Positions 14,916-32,983 are shown, counted from the stretch's first letter. The stretch is DNA of 64,000 nt from Escherichia coli (GCF_022493755.1 NZ_CP028767.1), one strand, 5' to 3'. Program-made: numbers and translations. Notes: generated by a model not told the origin, from the letters alone.

Positions 14916-15148
14916 TTGTTTGTCGGTGAACGCTCTCCTGAGTAGGACAAATCCGCCGGGAGCGGATTTGAACGTTGCGAAGCAACGGCCCGGAGGGTGG
15001 CGGGCAGGACGCCCGCCATAAACTGCCAGGCATCAAATTAAGCAGAAGGCCATCCGTCAGGATGGCCTTTTTGCATTGGCGCAGAAAAAAATGCCGGATG
15101 CGACGCTGGCGCGTCTTATCCAGCCTGGGCAGGCACGGCAGGGGCGGC

Positions 15149-15592
15149 TTATTCCCCCACATACGCCAGATTCAGCAACGGATACGGTTTCCCCAAATCG
15201 TCCACCTCAGAGCGTCCCGTAACCTTAAAACCCACCTTCTTATAGAACCCAACCGCCTGCTCATTTTGCTCATTAACGTTGGTTGTCAGTTCCGGTGCCA
15301 TCGAGAGCGCATGCTCCACCAGCATCCGACCCACGCCGCAGCCGCGCACATCAGGATCGATAAACAGCGCATCCATATGCTGCCCACTTAACAACATAAA
15401 CCCAACCGGCTGATCCCGTTCATTAACCGCGACCCACAACGGTGCTTCCGGCAGAAAGGAACGAACCAGCTCTTCCAGCTCGGCCCGATACTCTGCTGAT
15501 AAAAAATCGTGGGTGGCATCGACAGATCGACACCAAATCGCAACGAGTTCCTCCCCTTCCTCATGCTGTGAGCGGCGAATACTAATAACCAT
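15149..15592 (-). CDS. yjaB: GNAT family N-acetyltransferase YjaB
   Basis: 147-aa ORF with GNAT motif RGCGVGRMLVEHAL. Confidence 0.85.
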   Translation of the reverse strand: MVISIRRSQHEEGEELVAIWCRSVDATHDFLSAEYRAELEELVRSFLPEAPLWVAVNERDQPVGFMLLSGQHMDALFIDPDVRGCGVGRMLVEHALSMAPELTTNVNEQNEQAVGFYKKVGFKVTGRSEVDDLGKPYPLLNLAYVGE

Positions 15593-15748
15593 TTTCTCTC
15601 CTTTTCGTCATTCTTATATTCTAACGTAGCCTTTTCCTTGAAACTTTCTCACCTTCAACATGCAGGCTCGACATTGGCAAATTTTCTGGTTATCTTCAGC
15701 TATCTGGATGTCTAAACGTATAAGCGTATGTAGTGAGGTAATCAGGTT

Positions 15749-16678
15749 ATGCCTATTCGTGTGCCGGACGAGCTACCCGCCGTCAATTTCTTGCGTGAAG
15801 AAAACGTCTTTGTGATGACAACTTCTCGTGCGTCTGGTCAGGAAATTCGTCCACTTAAGGTTCTGATCCTTAACCTGATGCCGAAGAAGATTGAAACTGA
15901 AAATCAGTTTCTGCGCCTGCTTTCAAACTCACCTTTGCAGGTCGATATTCAGCTGTTGCGCATCGATTCCCGTGAATCGCGCAACACGCCCGCAGAGCAT
16001 CTGAACAACTTCTACTGTAACTTTGAAGATATTCAGGAACAGAACTTTGACGGTCTGATTGTAACCGGTGCGCCGCTGGGCCTGGTGGAGTTTAATGATG
16101 TCGCTTACTGGCCGCAGATCAAACAGGTGCTGGAGTGGTCGAAAGATCACGTCACCTCGACGCTGTTTGTCTGCTGGGCGGTACAGGCCGCGCTCAATAT
16201 CCTCTACGGCATTCCTAAGCAAACTCGCACCGACAAACTCTCTGGCGTTTACGAGCATCATATTCTCCATCCTCATGCGCTTCTGACGCGTGGCTTTGAT
16301 GATTCATTCCTGGCACCACATTCGCGCTATGCTGACTTTCCGGCAGCGTTGATTCGTGATTACACCGATCTGGAAATTCTGGCAGAGACGGAAGAAGGGG
16401 ATGCATATCTGTTTGCCAGCAAAGATAAGCGCATTGCCTTTGTGACGGGCCATCCCGAATATGATGCGCAAACGCTGGCGCAGGAATATTTCCGCGATGT
16501 GGAAGCCGGACTAGGCCCGGAAGTACCGTATAACTATTTCCCGCACAATGATCCGCAAAATACACCGCGAGCGAGCTGGCGTAGTCACGGTAATTTGCTG
16601 TTTACCAACTGGCTCAACTATTACGTCTATCAGATCACGCCATACGATCTACGGCACATGAATCCAACGCTGGATTAA
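15749..16678 (+). CDS. metA: Homoserine O-succinyltransferase
   Basis: 309-aa [27 protein letters not shown]... Confidence 0.95.
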   Translation: MPIRVPDELPAVNFLREENVFVMTTSRASGQEIRPLKVLILNLMPKKIETENQFLRLLSNSPLQVDIQLLRIDSRESRNTPAEHLNNFYCNFEDIQEQNFDGLIVTGAPLGLVEFNDVAYWPQIKQVLEWSKDHVTSTLFVCWAVQAALNILYGIPKQTRTDKLSGVYEHHILHPHALLTRGFDDSFLAPHSRYADFPAALIRDYTDLEILAETEEGDAYLFASKDKRIAFVTGHPEYDAQTLAQEYFRDVEAGLGPEVPYNYFPHNDPQNTPRASWRSHGNLLFTNWLNYYVYQITPYDLRHMNPTLD

Positions 16679-16722
16679 TCTTCTGTGATAGTCGATCGTT
16701 AAGCGATTCAGCACCTTACCTC

Positions 16723-16747
16723 AGGCACCTTCGGGTGCCTTTTTTAT
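16723..16747 (+). terminator. metA rho-independent terminator
   Basis: AGGCACCTTCGGGTGCCT hairpin followed by TTTTTTATTT. Confidence 0.7.
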
Positions 16748-16946
16748 TTCCGAAACGCACCTCAGGAGGTGAATAAATTTTATTCATATTGTTATCAATA
16801 AGTTATCAAGTATTTTTAATTAAAATGGAAATTGTTTTTGATTTTGCATTTTAAATGAGTAGTCTTAGTTGTGCTGAACGAAAAGCGCACAACGATCCTT
16901 CGTTCACAGTGGGGAAGTTTTCGGATCCATGACGAGGAGCTGCACG

Positions 16947-18548
16947 ATGACTGAACAGGCAACAACAACCGATGAACTGGCTTTCATAAGGCCGTATGGC
17001 GAGCAGGAGAAGCAAATTCTTACTGCCGAAGCGGTAGAATTTCTGACTGAGCTGGTGACGCATTTTACGCCACAACGCAATAAACTTCTGGCAGCGCGCA
17101 TTCAGCAGCAGCAAGATATTGATAACGGAACTTTGCCTGATTTTATTTCGGAAACAGCTTCCATTCGCGATACGGACTGGAAAATTCGTGGTATTCCCGC
17201 GGACTTACAAGATCGTCGAGTCGAGATAACTGGCCCGGTTGAGCGCAAGATGGTGATCAACGCACTGAACGCCAATGTGAAAGTCTTTATGGCCGATTTC
17301 GAAGATTCACTGGCACCAGACTGGAACAAAGTGATCGACGGGCAAATTAACCTGCGCGATGCGGTTAACGGCACCATCAGCTATACCAATGAAGCAGGCA
17401 AAATTTATCAGCTCAAGCCCAATCCAGCGGTTTTGATTTGTCGGGTACGCGGTCTGCACTTGCCGGAAAAACATGTCACCTGGCGTGGTGAGGCAATCCC
17501 CGGTAGCCTGTTTGATTTTGCGCTCTATTTCTTCCACAACTATCAGGCACTGTTGGCAAAGGGCAGCGGTCCCTATTTCTATCTGCCGAAAACCCAGTCC
17601 TGGCAGGAAGCGGCCTGGTGGAGCGAAGTCTTCAGCTATGCAGAAGATCGCTTTAATCTGCCGCGCGGCACCATCAAGGCGACGTTGCTGATTGAAACGC
17701 TGCCCGCCGTGTTCCAGATGGATGAAATCCTTCACGCGCTGCGTGACCATATTGTTGGTCTGAACTGCGGTCGTTGGGATTACATCTTCAGCTATATCAA
17801 AACGTTGAAAAACTATCCCGATCGCGTCCTGCCAGACAGACAGGCAGTGACGATGGATAAACCATTCCTGAATGCTTACTCACGCCTGTTGATTAAAACC
17901 TGCCATAAACGCGGTGCTTTTGCGATGGGCGGCATGGCAGCGTTTATTCCGAGCAAAGATGAAGAGCGCAATAACCAGGTGCTCAACAAAGTAAAAGCGG
18001 ATAAAGCGTTGGAAGCCAATAACGGTCACGATGGCACATGGATTGCTCACCCAGGCCTTGCGGATACGGCAATGGCGGTATTCAACGACATTCTCGGCTC
18101 CCGTAAAAATCAGCTTGAAGTGATGCGCGAACAAGACGCGCCGATTACTGCCGATCAGCTGCTGGCACCTTGTGATGGTGAACGCACCGAAGAAGGTATG
18201 CGCGCCAACATTCGCGTGGCAGTGCAGTACATCGAAGCATGGATCTCCGGCAACGGCTGCGTGCCGATTTATGGCCTGATGGAAGATGCGGCGACGGCTG
18301 AAATTTCCCGTACCTCAATCTGGCAGTGGATCCATCATCAAAAAACGTTGAGCAATGGCAAACCGGTGACCAAAGCCTTGTTCCGCCAGATGCTGGGTGA
18401 AGAGATGAAAGTCATTGCCAGCGAACTGGGCGAAGAACGTTTCTCCCAGGGGCGTTTTGACGATGCCGCACGCTTGATGGAACAGATCACCACTTCCGAT
18501 GAGTTAATTGATTTCCTGACCCTGCCAGGCTACCGCCTGTTAGCGTAA
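16947..18548 (+). CDS. aceB: Malate synthase A
   Basis: ORF 16929..18548 trimmed to [13 protein letters not shown]...; 533 aa. Confidence 0.93.
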   Translation: MTEQATTTDELAFIRPYGEQEKQILTAEAVEFLTELVTHFTPQRNKLLAARIQQQQDIDNGTLPDFISETASIRDTDWKIRGIPADLQDRRVEITGPVERKMVINALNANVKVFMADFEDSLAPDWNKVIDGQINLRDAVNGTISYTNEAGKIYQLKPNPAVLICRVRGLHLPEKHVTWRGEAIPGSLFDFALYFFHNYQALLAKGSGPYFYLPKTQSWQEAAWWSEVFSYAEDRFNLPRGTIKATLLIETLPAVFQMDEILHALRDHIVGLNCGRWDYIFSYIKTLKNYPDRVLPDRQAVTMDKPFLNAYSRLLIKTCHKRGAFAMGGMAAFIPSKDEERNNQVLNKVKADKALEANNGHDGTWIAHPGLADTAMAVFNDILGSRKNQLEVMREQDAPITADQLLAPCDGERTEEGMRANIRVAVQYIEAWISGNGCVPIYGLMEDAATAEISRTSIWQWIHHQKTLSNGKPVTKALFRQMLGEEMKVIASELGEERFSQGRFDDAARLMEQITTSDELIDFLTLPGYRLLA

Positions 18549-18577
18549 ACCACCACATAACTATGGAGCATCTGCAC

Positions 18578-19882
18578 ATGAAAACCCGTACACAACAAAT
18601 TGAAGAATTACAGAAAGAGTGGACTCAACCGCGTTGGGAAGGCATTACTCGCCCATACAGCGCGGAAGATGTGGTGAAATTACGCGGTTCAGTCAATCCT
18701 GAATGCACCCTGGCGCAACTGGGCGCGGCGAAAATGTGGCGTCTGCTGCATGGCGAGTCGAAAAAAGGCTACATCAACAGCCTCGGTGCACTGACTGGCG
18801 GTCAGGCGCTGCAACAGGCGAAAGCGGGTATTGAAGCAGTCTATCTGTCGGGATGGCAGGTAGCGGCGGACGCTAACCTGGCGGCCAGCATGTATCCGGA
18901 TCAGTCGCTCTATCCGGCAAACTCGGTGCCAGCTGTGGTGGAGCGGATCAACAACACCTTCCGTCGTGCCGATCAGATCCAATGGTCCGCGGGCATTGAG
19001 CCGGGCGATCCGCGCTATGTCGATTACTTCCTGCCGATCGTTGCCGATGCGGAAGCCGGTTTTGGCGGTGTCCTGAATGCCTTTGAACTGATGAAAGCGA
19101 TGATTGAAGCCGGTGCAGCGGCAGTTCACTTCGAAGATCAGCTGGCGTCAGTGAAGAAATGCGGTCACATGGGCGGCAAAGTTTTGGTGCCAACTCAAGA
19201 AGCTATTCAGAAACTGGTCGCGGCGCGTCTGGCAGCTGACGTGACGGGCGTTCCAACCCTACTGGTTGCTCGTACCGATGCCGATGCAGCGGATCTGATC
19301 ACCTCCGATTGCGACCCGTATGACAGCGAATTTATTACCGGCGAGCGTACCAGTGAAGGCTTCTTCCGTACTCATGCGGGCATTGAGCAAGCGATCAGCC
19401 GTGGCCTGGCGTATGCGCCATATGCTGACCTGGTCTGGTGTGAAACCTCCACGCCGGATCTGGAACTGGCGCGTCGCTTTGCACAAGCTATCCACGCGAA
19501 ATATCCGGGCAAACTGCTGGCTTATAACTGCTCGCCGTCGTTCAACTGGCAGAAAAACCTCGACGACAAAACTATTGCCAGCTTCCAGCAGCAGCTGTCG
19601 GATATGGGCTACAAGTTCCAGTTCATCACCCTGGCAGGTATCCACAGCATGTGGTTCAACATGTTTGACCTGGCAAACGCCTATGCCCAGGGCGAGGGTA
19701 TGAAGCACTACGTTGAGAAAGTGCAGCAGCCGGAATTTGCCGCCGCGAAAGATGGCTATACCTTCGTATCTCACCAGCAGGAAGTGGGTACAGGTTACTT
19801 CGATAAAGTGACGACTATTATTCAGGGCGGCACGTCTTCAGTCACCGCGCTGACCGGCTCCACTGAAGAATCGCAGTTCTAA
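18578..19882 (+). CDS. aceA: Isocitrate lyase
   Basis: ORF 18563..19882 trimmed to [15 protein letters not shown]...; contains KKCGHMGGK active-site motif. Confidence 0.95.
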   Translation: MKTRTQQIEELQKEWTQPRWEGITRPYSAEDVVKLRGSVNPECTLAQLGAAKMWRLLHGESKKGYINSLGALTGGQALQQAKAGIEAVYLSGWQVAADANLAASMYPDQSLYPANSVPAVVERINNTFRRADQIQWSAGIEPGDPRYVDYFLPIVADAEAGFGGVLNAFELMKAMIEAGAAAVHFEDQLASVKKCGHMGGKVLVPTQEAIQKLVAARLAADVTGVPTLLVARTDADAADLITSDCDPYDSEFITGERTSEGFFRTHAGIEQAISRGLAYAPYADLVWCETSTPDLELARRFAQAIHAKYPGKLLAYNCSPSFNWQKNLDDKTIASFQQQLSDMGYKFQFITLAGIHSMWFNMFDLANAYAQGEGMKHYVEKVQQPEFAAAKDGYTFVSHQQEVGTGYFDKVTTIIQGGTSSVTALTGSTEESQF

Positions 19883-19905
19883 GCAACAACAACCGTTGCT
19901 GACTG

Positions 19906-20137
19906 TAGGCCGGATAAGGCGTTCACGCCGCATCCGGCAATCGGTGCACGATGCCTGATGCGACGCTTGCGCGTCTTATCATGCCTACAGCCGTTGCCGA
20001 ACGTAGGCCGGATAAGGCATTTACGCCGCATCCGGCAATCGGTGCACGATGCCTGATGCGACGCTTGCGCGTCTTATCATGCCTACAACCGTTGCCGAAC
20101 GTAGGCTGGATAAGGCGTTTACGCCGCATCCGGCAAT
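19906..20137. repeat. BIME/REP cluster: tandem 98-bp unit, about 2.3 copies, in the aceA-aceK intergenic region
   Basis: Units begin at 19906, 20004 and 20102; each carries GCCGGATAAGGCGTTTACGCCGCATCCGGCAATCGGTGCACGATGCCTGATGCGACGCTTGCGCGTCTTATC. Confidence 0.85.
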
Positions 20138-20162
20138 TCTCTGCTCCTGATGAGGGCGCTAA

Positions 20163-22220
<2,058 letters not shown>

Positions 22221-22224
<4 letters not shown>

Positions 22225-23441
22225 ATTTTTTTATCGAATTTAAACGTATTAAAAAGAGTGGGTAATGCGTTAAAAATAGTATTAATAACGTTCATATGTC
22301 CACTATTATAGGCAGTCAACATTTCTGTTCTATGTAGTTCTGGCATTTTCTGGAGTTGAATCATCAGTTGCGTAAGTTGGTGATTCTGACCAATTGCCAT
22401 TAGCAAATTCATCGTTGCAGGTGATAATGGAGGGGTTATTTCATCCACAGATCCTTTTAACATCAATAGCTGTTCTTTCGGAAGTGCTGGAATTATTGCA
22501 ACAGATTGGTTAATAATATGATCATTTGACCATTTCAGGAGGCTATAATCTACATTCATAAAATCCATCAGAGAATAGTGTTTAATATCCTCTTTGCTTT
22601 CGCTCATAATTCTTATTTTATCGTTAGTGACATTAGGATCATAAACCGAAACCACGTAATGGGTACATCCTTCAGTTGTGTTCTTTATTCTTAGCCGGAC
22701 CGTCAAAACATGGTTATCCACCAGTAATATGGCTGCCATAACACTGATGCCATTTGATTCCATCTTGTCAAAATATGCTTTCATAACTAGCCCGAAATCA
22801 CCGCAGGCAGCAACGCAACGCCCCTCAGGACGGCTGGAAACCAACGCCAAAGTCTGGTTTTTGCATTTTTTGTTGAAGTGCGTGAGAAATTTTTCAGCTG
22901 AAGAGTAATCATCTTGATGGGGTTTGTAATCAACATTCTGATAAATATCATTAATATATTGTGCAGCAATGTGTCGGCATACTATACGGTTTTGGGGGCG
23001 CCCCGGAAAATAACATTGATCATTAAGTTTAACTCTTGGGAATTCTTTTTCTTTTCTAACTGAGTTTAGGTTTAATTCTTGTTTATCAAGAGTGTCTGAG
23101 CGTTGAGGTAAAATTTCCATTAGGTATTCTTCAAATATTGGAGCAATGGTTTGAGTGAGTGTCGTGTTTTCATTTTTATTAATTATCGTAATTTCTTTCT
23201 TATCAGCTTGTAAGACGGACGTGGAAAATTTAATGACAAAATCCTTGTTGCTAAAGATATGACGACCATTTTGTCTACAGTTCTCTGAGAAGCTTTTTAA
23301 TAGAGGCGTCGCCAGCTCCTTGCCAGAAAATTTATCCTCGAGTTCTTTATAAAACAATTCACTCAGGGTTTGGTGTTCATTTGTCTGGGCTGTATTATTA
23401 ATATTTGCAGAGAAAGAACTACGAGGGATACGAGTAATCAT
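22221..23441 (-). CDS. arpA: arpA-like locus, 5' ORF (406 aa) with ShET2-enterotoxin-like N-terminal region
   Basis: ORF-track entry; AT-rich; position between aceK and iclR corresponds to arpA; appears shorter than, or split relative to, K-12 arpA. Confidence 0.55.
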
Positions 23442-23758
23442 TTAAATATCTCATTGTTTATTGATGTCTTGAATTTTAACTATCAGAGCAGTGAAAAAAT
23501 TTAATATGATTACAAGTAAAGAAATATCATAAATCGCTCAATCTCATAATGAAACCGTAAAAGTTTCGGCGGAATGAGATCTTGCGATTTTGTTAATAAT
23601 TAAAGTGGTTTGATGTTTAAAAATAATGCCGAGTTAATAAAAGTGTGTGAAGTGTATGACATTAAGTTATTCTGGCGTCAATACGATTAACAGACACCCT
23701 TATTCTATTGCCACTCAGGTATGATGGGCAGAATATTGCCTCTGCCCGCCAGAAAAAG

Positions 23759-24583
23759 TCAGCGCATTCCACCGTACGCCAGCGTCACTTCCTTCGCCGC
23801 TTTAATCACCATTGCGCCAAACTCGGTCACGCGGTCATCGGTAATACGTGAAATCGGTCCGGAAATAGAAATTGCGGCAAACGGTTCACGGTGCTCATCG
23901 AAAATACACGCTGCAAGGCAACGTAGCCCCAGCGCATGTTCCTCATCGTCAAATGAATAACCCCGTTTGCGCGTTTGGGCGAGATCTTCTTTTAAATGCA
24001 CAGGAGACACCAGCGTTGCGTGGGTATAGGCATGTAACCCTTTGCGGTGCAGCAGCTTCGTCACCTGTTCTTCGCTCAGTTGGGCTAAAAAGGCTTTACC
24101 CGCACCGGAAGCGTGCATCGGCAATTTACCGCCGATAGGCGCGGACATTCGCATCAGATGCGTACACTGTACCTGGTCGATAATAATCGCTTCGTGATCG
24201 CTTTGATCAAGCACCGCCATATTGACCGTTTCGCCAGACTCTTCCATTAAATTGCGCAGGATAGGGTGAACAATCGCTAACAAATTACGGCTCTGGAGAA
24301 AGCTGCTGCCGACCATAAAGGCATGTGCGCCGATTGCCCAATGTCCCAGTTCGCCGACCTGACGCACGAAACCCTGCTGTTGCATCGTGGTTAGCAGGCG
24401 GTGGGTCGTGGAATTGGGTAACCCGGCTTGTTGCGCCAGCTCTGTGAGTGCCACACTGCCATTGGATTCGGCAATCCACTCCAGTAATTTCAGGCCACGC
24501 GTTAAAGACTGAACCTGTCCAGTCGCTGGTGCGGTGGCAACGGCGGGTTTTCTGCCGCGTTTCGCGGGAATGGGTGCGACCAT
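23759..24583 (-). CDS. iclR: Glyoxylate-bypass transcriptional repressor IclR
   Basis: ORF 23759..24622 trimmed to MVAPIPAKRGRKPAVATAPATGQ...; 274 aa. Confidence 0.93.
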   Translation of the reverse strand: MVAPIPAKRGRKPAVATAPATGQVQSLTRGLKLLEWIAESNGSVALTELAQQAGLPNSTTHRLLTTMQQQGFVRQVGELGHWAIGAHAFMVGSSFLQSRNLLAIVHPILRNLMEESGETVNMAVLDQSDHEAIIIDQVQCTHLMRMSAPIGGKLPMHASGAGKAFLAQLSEEQVTKLLHRKGLHAYTHATLVSPVHLKEDLAQTRKRGYSFDDEEHALGLRCLAACIFDEHREPFAAISISGPISRITDDRVTEFGAMVIKAAKEVTLAYGGMR

Positions 24584-24782
24584 GACAGCCTCCTTTTTCT
24601 GTATCGTGGAAATCATTTTCATTTTTATTGTTAGCTAATGCAATAGTTGCTGAACTGATCCGATGAGTTAATGTTGAACAAATCTCATGTTGCGTGGTGG
24701 TCGCTTTTACCACAGATGCGTTTATGCCAGTATGGTTTGTTGAATTTTTATTAAATCTGGGTTGAGCGTGTCGGGAGCAAGT

Positions 24783-28466
<3,684 letters not shown>

Positions 28467-28685
28467 TTCACAAATCTGTCACTTTTCCTTACAACAAACA
28501 GGGCGCTCAATGAGTGCCCTGTCTCTTTATTAATATGAAACACTTATACTGGAAACAGGCTGGAATAATCTTAGCCGGAAAAACGAATGTCAAAAGGCAC
28601 AGTAAAGATGCCAGTCAGCGTGTTTCCGGTCCTTTGGTCATTCAATTGCTTCAGGAACATATAACGATAAGGAGAACCTGAACTC

Positions 28686-30317
28686 GTGTTAACGCTGCTT
28701 CACCTGCTTTCTGCCGTCGCCCTGCTGGTCTGGGGGACTCATATTGTTCGAACCGGCGTAATGCGCGTCTTCGGCGCGCGTTTGCGTACTGTCCTTAGCC
28801 GGAGCGTCGAAAAAAAGCCGCTCGCCTTTTGCGCGGGGATCGGCGTTACCGCACTGGTACAGAGCAGTAATGCCACCACCATGCTGGTGACCTCGTTTGT
28901 CGCTCAGGATCTGGTAGCCCTCGCACCGGCTCTGGTCATTGTGCTGGGTGCAGATGTCGGGACGGCGCTAATGGCGCGTATTCTCACCTTCGACTTATCC
29001 TGGCTGTCACCGTTACTTATTTTTATCGGCGTGATTTTTTTCCTCGGACGCAAACAGTCACGCGCCGGGCAACTGGGCCGCGTCGGTATTGGTCTTGGGC
29101 TGATTTTGCTGGCGCTGGAGTTGATTGTGCAGGCCGTAACGCCGATCACCCAGGCAAACGGCGTTCAGGTGATCTTTGCCTCGCTGACCGGCGATATTCT
29201 GCTGGATGCGCTGATTGGCGCGATGTTCGCCATTATCAGCTACTCCAGCCTTGCTGCTGTACTGCTGACCGCGACTCTGACCGCCGCAGGCATTATCTCC
29301 TTCCCCGTGGCGCTCTGTCTGGTGATTGGTGCTAACCTCGGTTCCGGTCTGCTGGCGATGCTCAACAACAGTGCCGCCAATGCCGCAGCCCGCCGTGTCG
29401 CGCTGGGTAGTCTGCTGTTTAAGCTGGTGGGTAGCCTGATTATCCTGCCGTTTGTCCATTTGCTGGCAGAGACAATGGGGAAGTTGTCATTGCCAAAAGC
29501 GGAACTGGTGATCTATTTCCACGTCTTCTACAACCTTGTACGTTGCCTGGTCATGCTGCCATTTGTTGACCCGATGGCACGGTTTTGCAAAACGATTATT
29601 CGCGATGAACCGGAACTGGATACCCAGCTACGGCCCAAACATCTGGATGTCAGCGCGCTGGATACGCCCACGCTTGCTCTGGCGAACGCCGCGCGCGAAA
29701 CCCTGCGCATTGGCGACGCCATGGAACAGATGATGGAAGGGCTAAATAAAGTGATGCACGGCGAGCCACGGCAGGAGAAAGAGCTGCGTAAGCTGGCAGA
29801 TGATATCAACGTTCTCTACACCGCCATTAAGCTGTATCTGGCGCGGATGCCAAAAGAAGAGTTGGCGGAGGAAGAGTCGCGCCGCTGGGCGGAGATCATC
29901 GAAATGTCGCTCAACCTTGAACAGGCCTCCGATATCGTCGAGCGCATGGGCAGCGAAATTGCCGATAAATCGCTGGCAGCACGGCGGGCATTTTCGCTTG
30001 ATGGCTTGAAGGAACTGGATGCGCTCTATGAGCAATTGCTCAGTAATTTAAAACTGGCAATGTCGGTGTTCTTCTCTGGCGATGTCACCAGCGCTCGTCG
30101 TTTGCGTCGCAGCAAACATCGTTTTCGCATTCTTAATCGCCGCTATTCCCACGCCCACGTCGATCGCCTGCATCAGCAAAACGTGCAGAGCATTGAAACC
30201 AGTTCGCTACATTTAGGCTTACTGGGAGATATGCAGCGCCTGAACTCGCTGTTTTGTTCGGTGGCTTACAGTGTGCTGGAACAGCCGGATGAAGATGAAG
30301 GACGGGACGAGTATTAA
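28686..30317 (+). CDS. yjbB: Na+/Pi-cotransporter family membrane protein YjbB
   Basis: 543-aa ORF with multiple hydrophobic segments and a charged PhoU-like C-terminal region. Confidence 0.85.
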   Translation: MLTLLHLLSAVALLVWGTHIVRTGVMRVFGARLRTVLSRSVEKKPLAFCAGIGVTALVQSSNATTMLVTSFVAQDLVALAPALVIVLGADVGTALMARILTFDLSWLSPLLIFIGVIFFLGRKQSRAGQLGRVGIGLGLILLALELIVQAVTPITQANGVQVIFASLTGDILLDALIGAMFAIISYSSLAAVLLTATLTAAGIISFPVALCLVIGANLGSGLLAMLNNSAANAAARRVALGSLLFKLVGSLIILPFVHLLAETMGKLSLPKAELVIYFHVFYNLVRCLVMLPFVDPMARFCKTIIRDEPELDTQLRPKHLDVSALDTPTLALANAARETLRIGDAMEQMMEGLNKVMHGEPRQEKELRKLADDINVLYTAIKLYLARMPKEELAEEESRRWAEIIEMSLNLEQASDIVERMGSEIADKSLAARRAFSLDGLKELDALYEQLLSNLKLAMSVFFSGDVTSARRLRRSKHRFRILNRRYSHAHVDRLHQQNVQSIETSSLHLGLLGDMQRLNSLFCSVAYSVLEQPDEDEGRDEY

Positions 30318-30331
30318 TATTGTGAATCCTG

Positions 30332-30403
30332 TAGGCCTGATAAGACGCGTCAAGCGTCGCATCAGGCACTATGAACAAGATGCCGGATCATGCATCCGGC
30401 AAT
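30332..30403. repeat. REP element plus hairpin downstream of yjbB and pepE
   Basis: GCCTGATAAGACGCGTCAAGCGTCGCATCAGGC and GATGCCGGATCATGCATCCGGCAAT. Confidence 0.7.
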
Positions 30404-30407
30404 TCAC

Positions 30408-31097
30408 TTAAAAACGGTGACCAGCTTCTAGCGGCACCGCTTCTTCACCAGCCTTAAACACATAAGTGGTGTTCGGGCCACCCAGCGTAGCGTGACCTTT
30501 ACTCACTGTGATCCAGTTACCTTCCGGTAGACCAATAATCGTCAGTTCTGGCGCGACGACCAGCAGTTCGCGAATACGCTGCTCACGGGTTTCACCTTTA
30601 TGGCCTTCCGGCAGCGCGTTGGTGAAGTGCGGGTTGATTTGCAGCGGGAACAGATTTAGCGCATCGAAACCTTGCGGATCGACAATCGGCATATCGTTGG
30701 TGGTACGAATGGTTGGGCAAGCAAGGTTAGCGCCTGCGCTCCAGCCAATATACAGCGCACCACGTTTAACCACGTCAGTAATTGGTGCCAGCAGCCCGCG
30801 CTCGCGGCACTGTTTCAGCAACTGGAAAGTATTCCCGCCCCCGACAATCACGATCTCAGCATTTTCAATCGCGGCAACGGGATCGACAACGCTATGAATA
30901 CCGGTGACAGAAACACCCAGCGGAGCGAGAACCGCAGCCGTTTTCGCTGTGTAATCATCCCAGGTCTGCGTTACGCCAGCGAAAGGGATAAACACCGCTG
31001 AGCGGCGCCCCTGCAACTGTTCAGCAATTAGCGGCAGTGCATGTTCCAGCCAGGCTTTACCCGGCAGCGTCGAGTTACTCAATAAAAGCAGTTCCAT
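30408..31097 (-). CDS. pepE: Dipeptidase E (alpha-aspartyl dipeptidase)
   Basis: 229-aa [27 protein letters not shown]... Confidence 0.93.
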
Positions 31098-31308
31098 TAC
31101 TTCTCCGGTTAGTAAGAAATCACGGAAGGCATGCTACCACTGCGAATTTAACCACTTACTGACATGGCTCACGATGTCGCACATTGCTTCTGGAAAGTGA
31201 TTTGAGCAGGTAACGAATTCAAGCCAATGGAAATAACAAATAGTTCGCTCATGACTATTTTTTATCAACCCAAAGGTACGGTATATTCCGTTTTTTACAG
31301 GAGAATTT

Positions 31309-32181
31309 ATGCTGCCCGACTCATCAGTCCGTTTAAATAAATACATCAGCGAAAGCGGAATTTGCTCACGCCGCGAAGCGGATCGCTATATCGAGCAAGG
31401 CAATGTGTTCCTTAATGGCAAGCGAGCCACCATTGGCGATCAGGTGAAACCCGGCGACATTGTGAAAGTAAACGGTCAGTTGATTGAGCCTCGGGAAGCC
31501 GAAGATTTGGTACTTATCGCCCTGAACAAGCCCGTCGGTATTGTCAGCACCACCGAAGATGGCGAGCGCGATAACATTGTCGATTTCGTTAACCACAGCA
31601 AACGCGTGTTCCCGATTGGCCGCCTGGATAAAGACTCCCAGGGGCTGATTTTCCTCACCAATCACGGCGATCTGGTGAATAAGATCCTCCGTGCGGGTAA
31701 CGATCATGAGAAAGAGTATCTGGTGACGGTCGATAAACCGATTACCGATGAATTTATTCGTGGTATGGGGGCGGGGGTGCCGATCCTCGGGACGGTGACG
31801 AAAAAGTGCAAAGTCAAAAAAGAAGCGCCGTTTGTCTTCCGCATTACCCTGGTGCAGGGGCTGAACCGTCAGATCCGGCGCATGTGCGAGCATTTCGGCT
31901 ATGAAGTGAAAAAGCTGGAACGTACGCGCATTATGAACGTCAGCTTAAGCGGCATTCCGCTGGGTGAGTGGCGCGATTTAACTGATGATGAGTTAATCGA
32001 CCTCTTTAAGCTCATCGAAAATTCCTCTTCCGAGGCAAAACCTAAAGTGAAGGCCAAACCGAAAACAGCGGGCATCAAACGTCCAGTCGTTAAGATGGAA
32101 AAAACGGCGGAAAAAGGCGGTCGCCCGGCGTCCAACGGTAAGCGTTTTACCTCTCCGGGGCGTAAAAAGAAGGGGCGCTAA
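31309..32181 (+). CDS. rluF: 23S rRNA pseudouridine synthase F
   Basis: 290-aa ORF with S4 domain and RluA-family motif [16 protein letters not shown]. Confidence 0.92.
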   Translation: MLPDSSVRLNKYISESGICSRREADRYIEQGNVFLNGKRATIGDQVKPGDIVKVNGQLIEPREAEDLVLIALNKPVGIVSTTEDGERDNIVDFVNHSKRVFPIGRLDKDSQGLIFLTNHGDLVNKILRAGNDHEKEYLVTVDKPITDEFIRGMGAGVPILGTVTKKCKVKKEAPFVFRITLVQGLNRQIRRMCEHFGYEVKKLERTRIMNVSLSGIPLGEWRDLTDDELIDLFKLIENSSSEAKPKVKAKPKTAGIKRPVVKMEKTAEKGGRPASNGKRFTSPGRKKKGR

Positions 32182-32454
32182 TCAGCGCCTGCCGCGCGTC
32201 GACGTATTTGCTGACCAGCTAAATGACGCTTCAGGATCCGGTTTATAAGCCTGCTTTTTCTTCAACTGGCGGGCTTTTTTCGCTTCAGCCTCACGCTCGA
32301 CCATTAATTTATCGATGTACTCTTTCTTAATGCTGTTGGTTTCGGAGTTGGTCAGTACGCGACCATGCGCAATCCGCGCCCGATCCAGCAGTGTTTTAAG
32401 TTCACGCTGCTCGCGTTCAGTCATCTCTTTTTGGGTAATACGGGGGAGTGCCAT
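32182..32454 (-). CDS. yjbD: DUF3811 family protein YjbD
   Basis: 90-aa ORF MALPRITQKEMTEREQRELKTLLDRARIAHG... Confidence 0.8.
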   Translation of the reverse strand: MALPRITQKEMTEREQRELKTLLDRARIAHGRVLTNSETNSIKKEYIDKLMVEREAEAKKARQLKKKQAYKPDPEASFSWSANTSTRGRR

Positions 32455-32983
32455 GATGGTGCCCTCAGTGAGCCAGAGAGTTCAGTGTACGGGAATTCGT
32501 TTGCGAGCTGAACTGATAATATTCCTTTGTTCTCTTCTTAAATATTTATCTTTCTTGATAATTGACGATAAATACAGATACAAATTTAGCGAAAAGTTTT
32601 CCCTCTACAAACAAAAATAATTTATTAAATCTTTATTTTTCATTTGGTTAATAATTTTTTCTCAATTCTGGCACGCTTCTCGCAATATCTCGTACGCGTT
32701 GAAACTGAATTACAAAGGGGGTCAAACCCCGTCGGCACACCAGGAACGGCCAGGCTGTTTTCCGGGCGTGTTCCGTCAGCCTTTGACGCCAATTATGGGT
32801 TCGATTCCCACATTCATTCCTGAAATGAATACTGGTTTTAACTTATTAAATAAAAAGTGAGGGATTGCGCAGTCAGCGATCCCCGATAACGTCGCCGATA
32901 AAGATGCCGGGTAACAGGCAAAAGGGAATTCCCCTGTCGCTTCGTGTCTGCTTCCGCGACGGCTGTTAAGCAAGGAATAGATA

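Noticed and set aside
14975-15391. 138-aa plus-strand ORF considered as a candidate yjaA
   Set aside because: It overlaps the rrn terminator/REP region and runs antisense through yjaB. Its Arg-rich, low-complexity translation looks non-genic.
32780-32830. tRNA-like T-arm motif (TGGGTTCGATTCCCA) upstream of the SPFH gene, considered as a tRNA gene or integrase attachment-site remnant
   Set aside because: No complementary 5' acceptor strand, D-arm or anticodon arm could be built from the upstream sequence. The adjacent ATTCATT-N5-AATGAAT is a simple hairpin. Probably a chance match.
32776-32973. 65-aa minus-strand ORF in the island's upstream non-coding region
   Set aside because: No recognisable domain or ribosome-binding context, and it overlaps the likely promoter region of the SPFH gene. 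Kept only as a possibility within the island finding.
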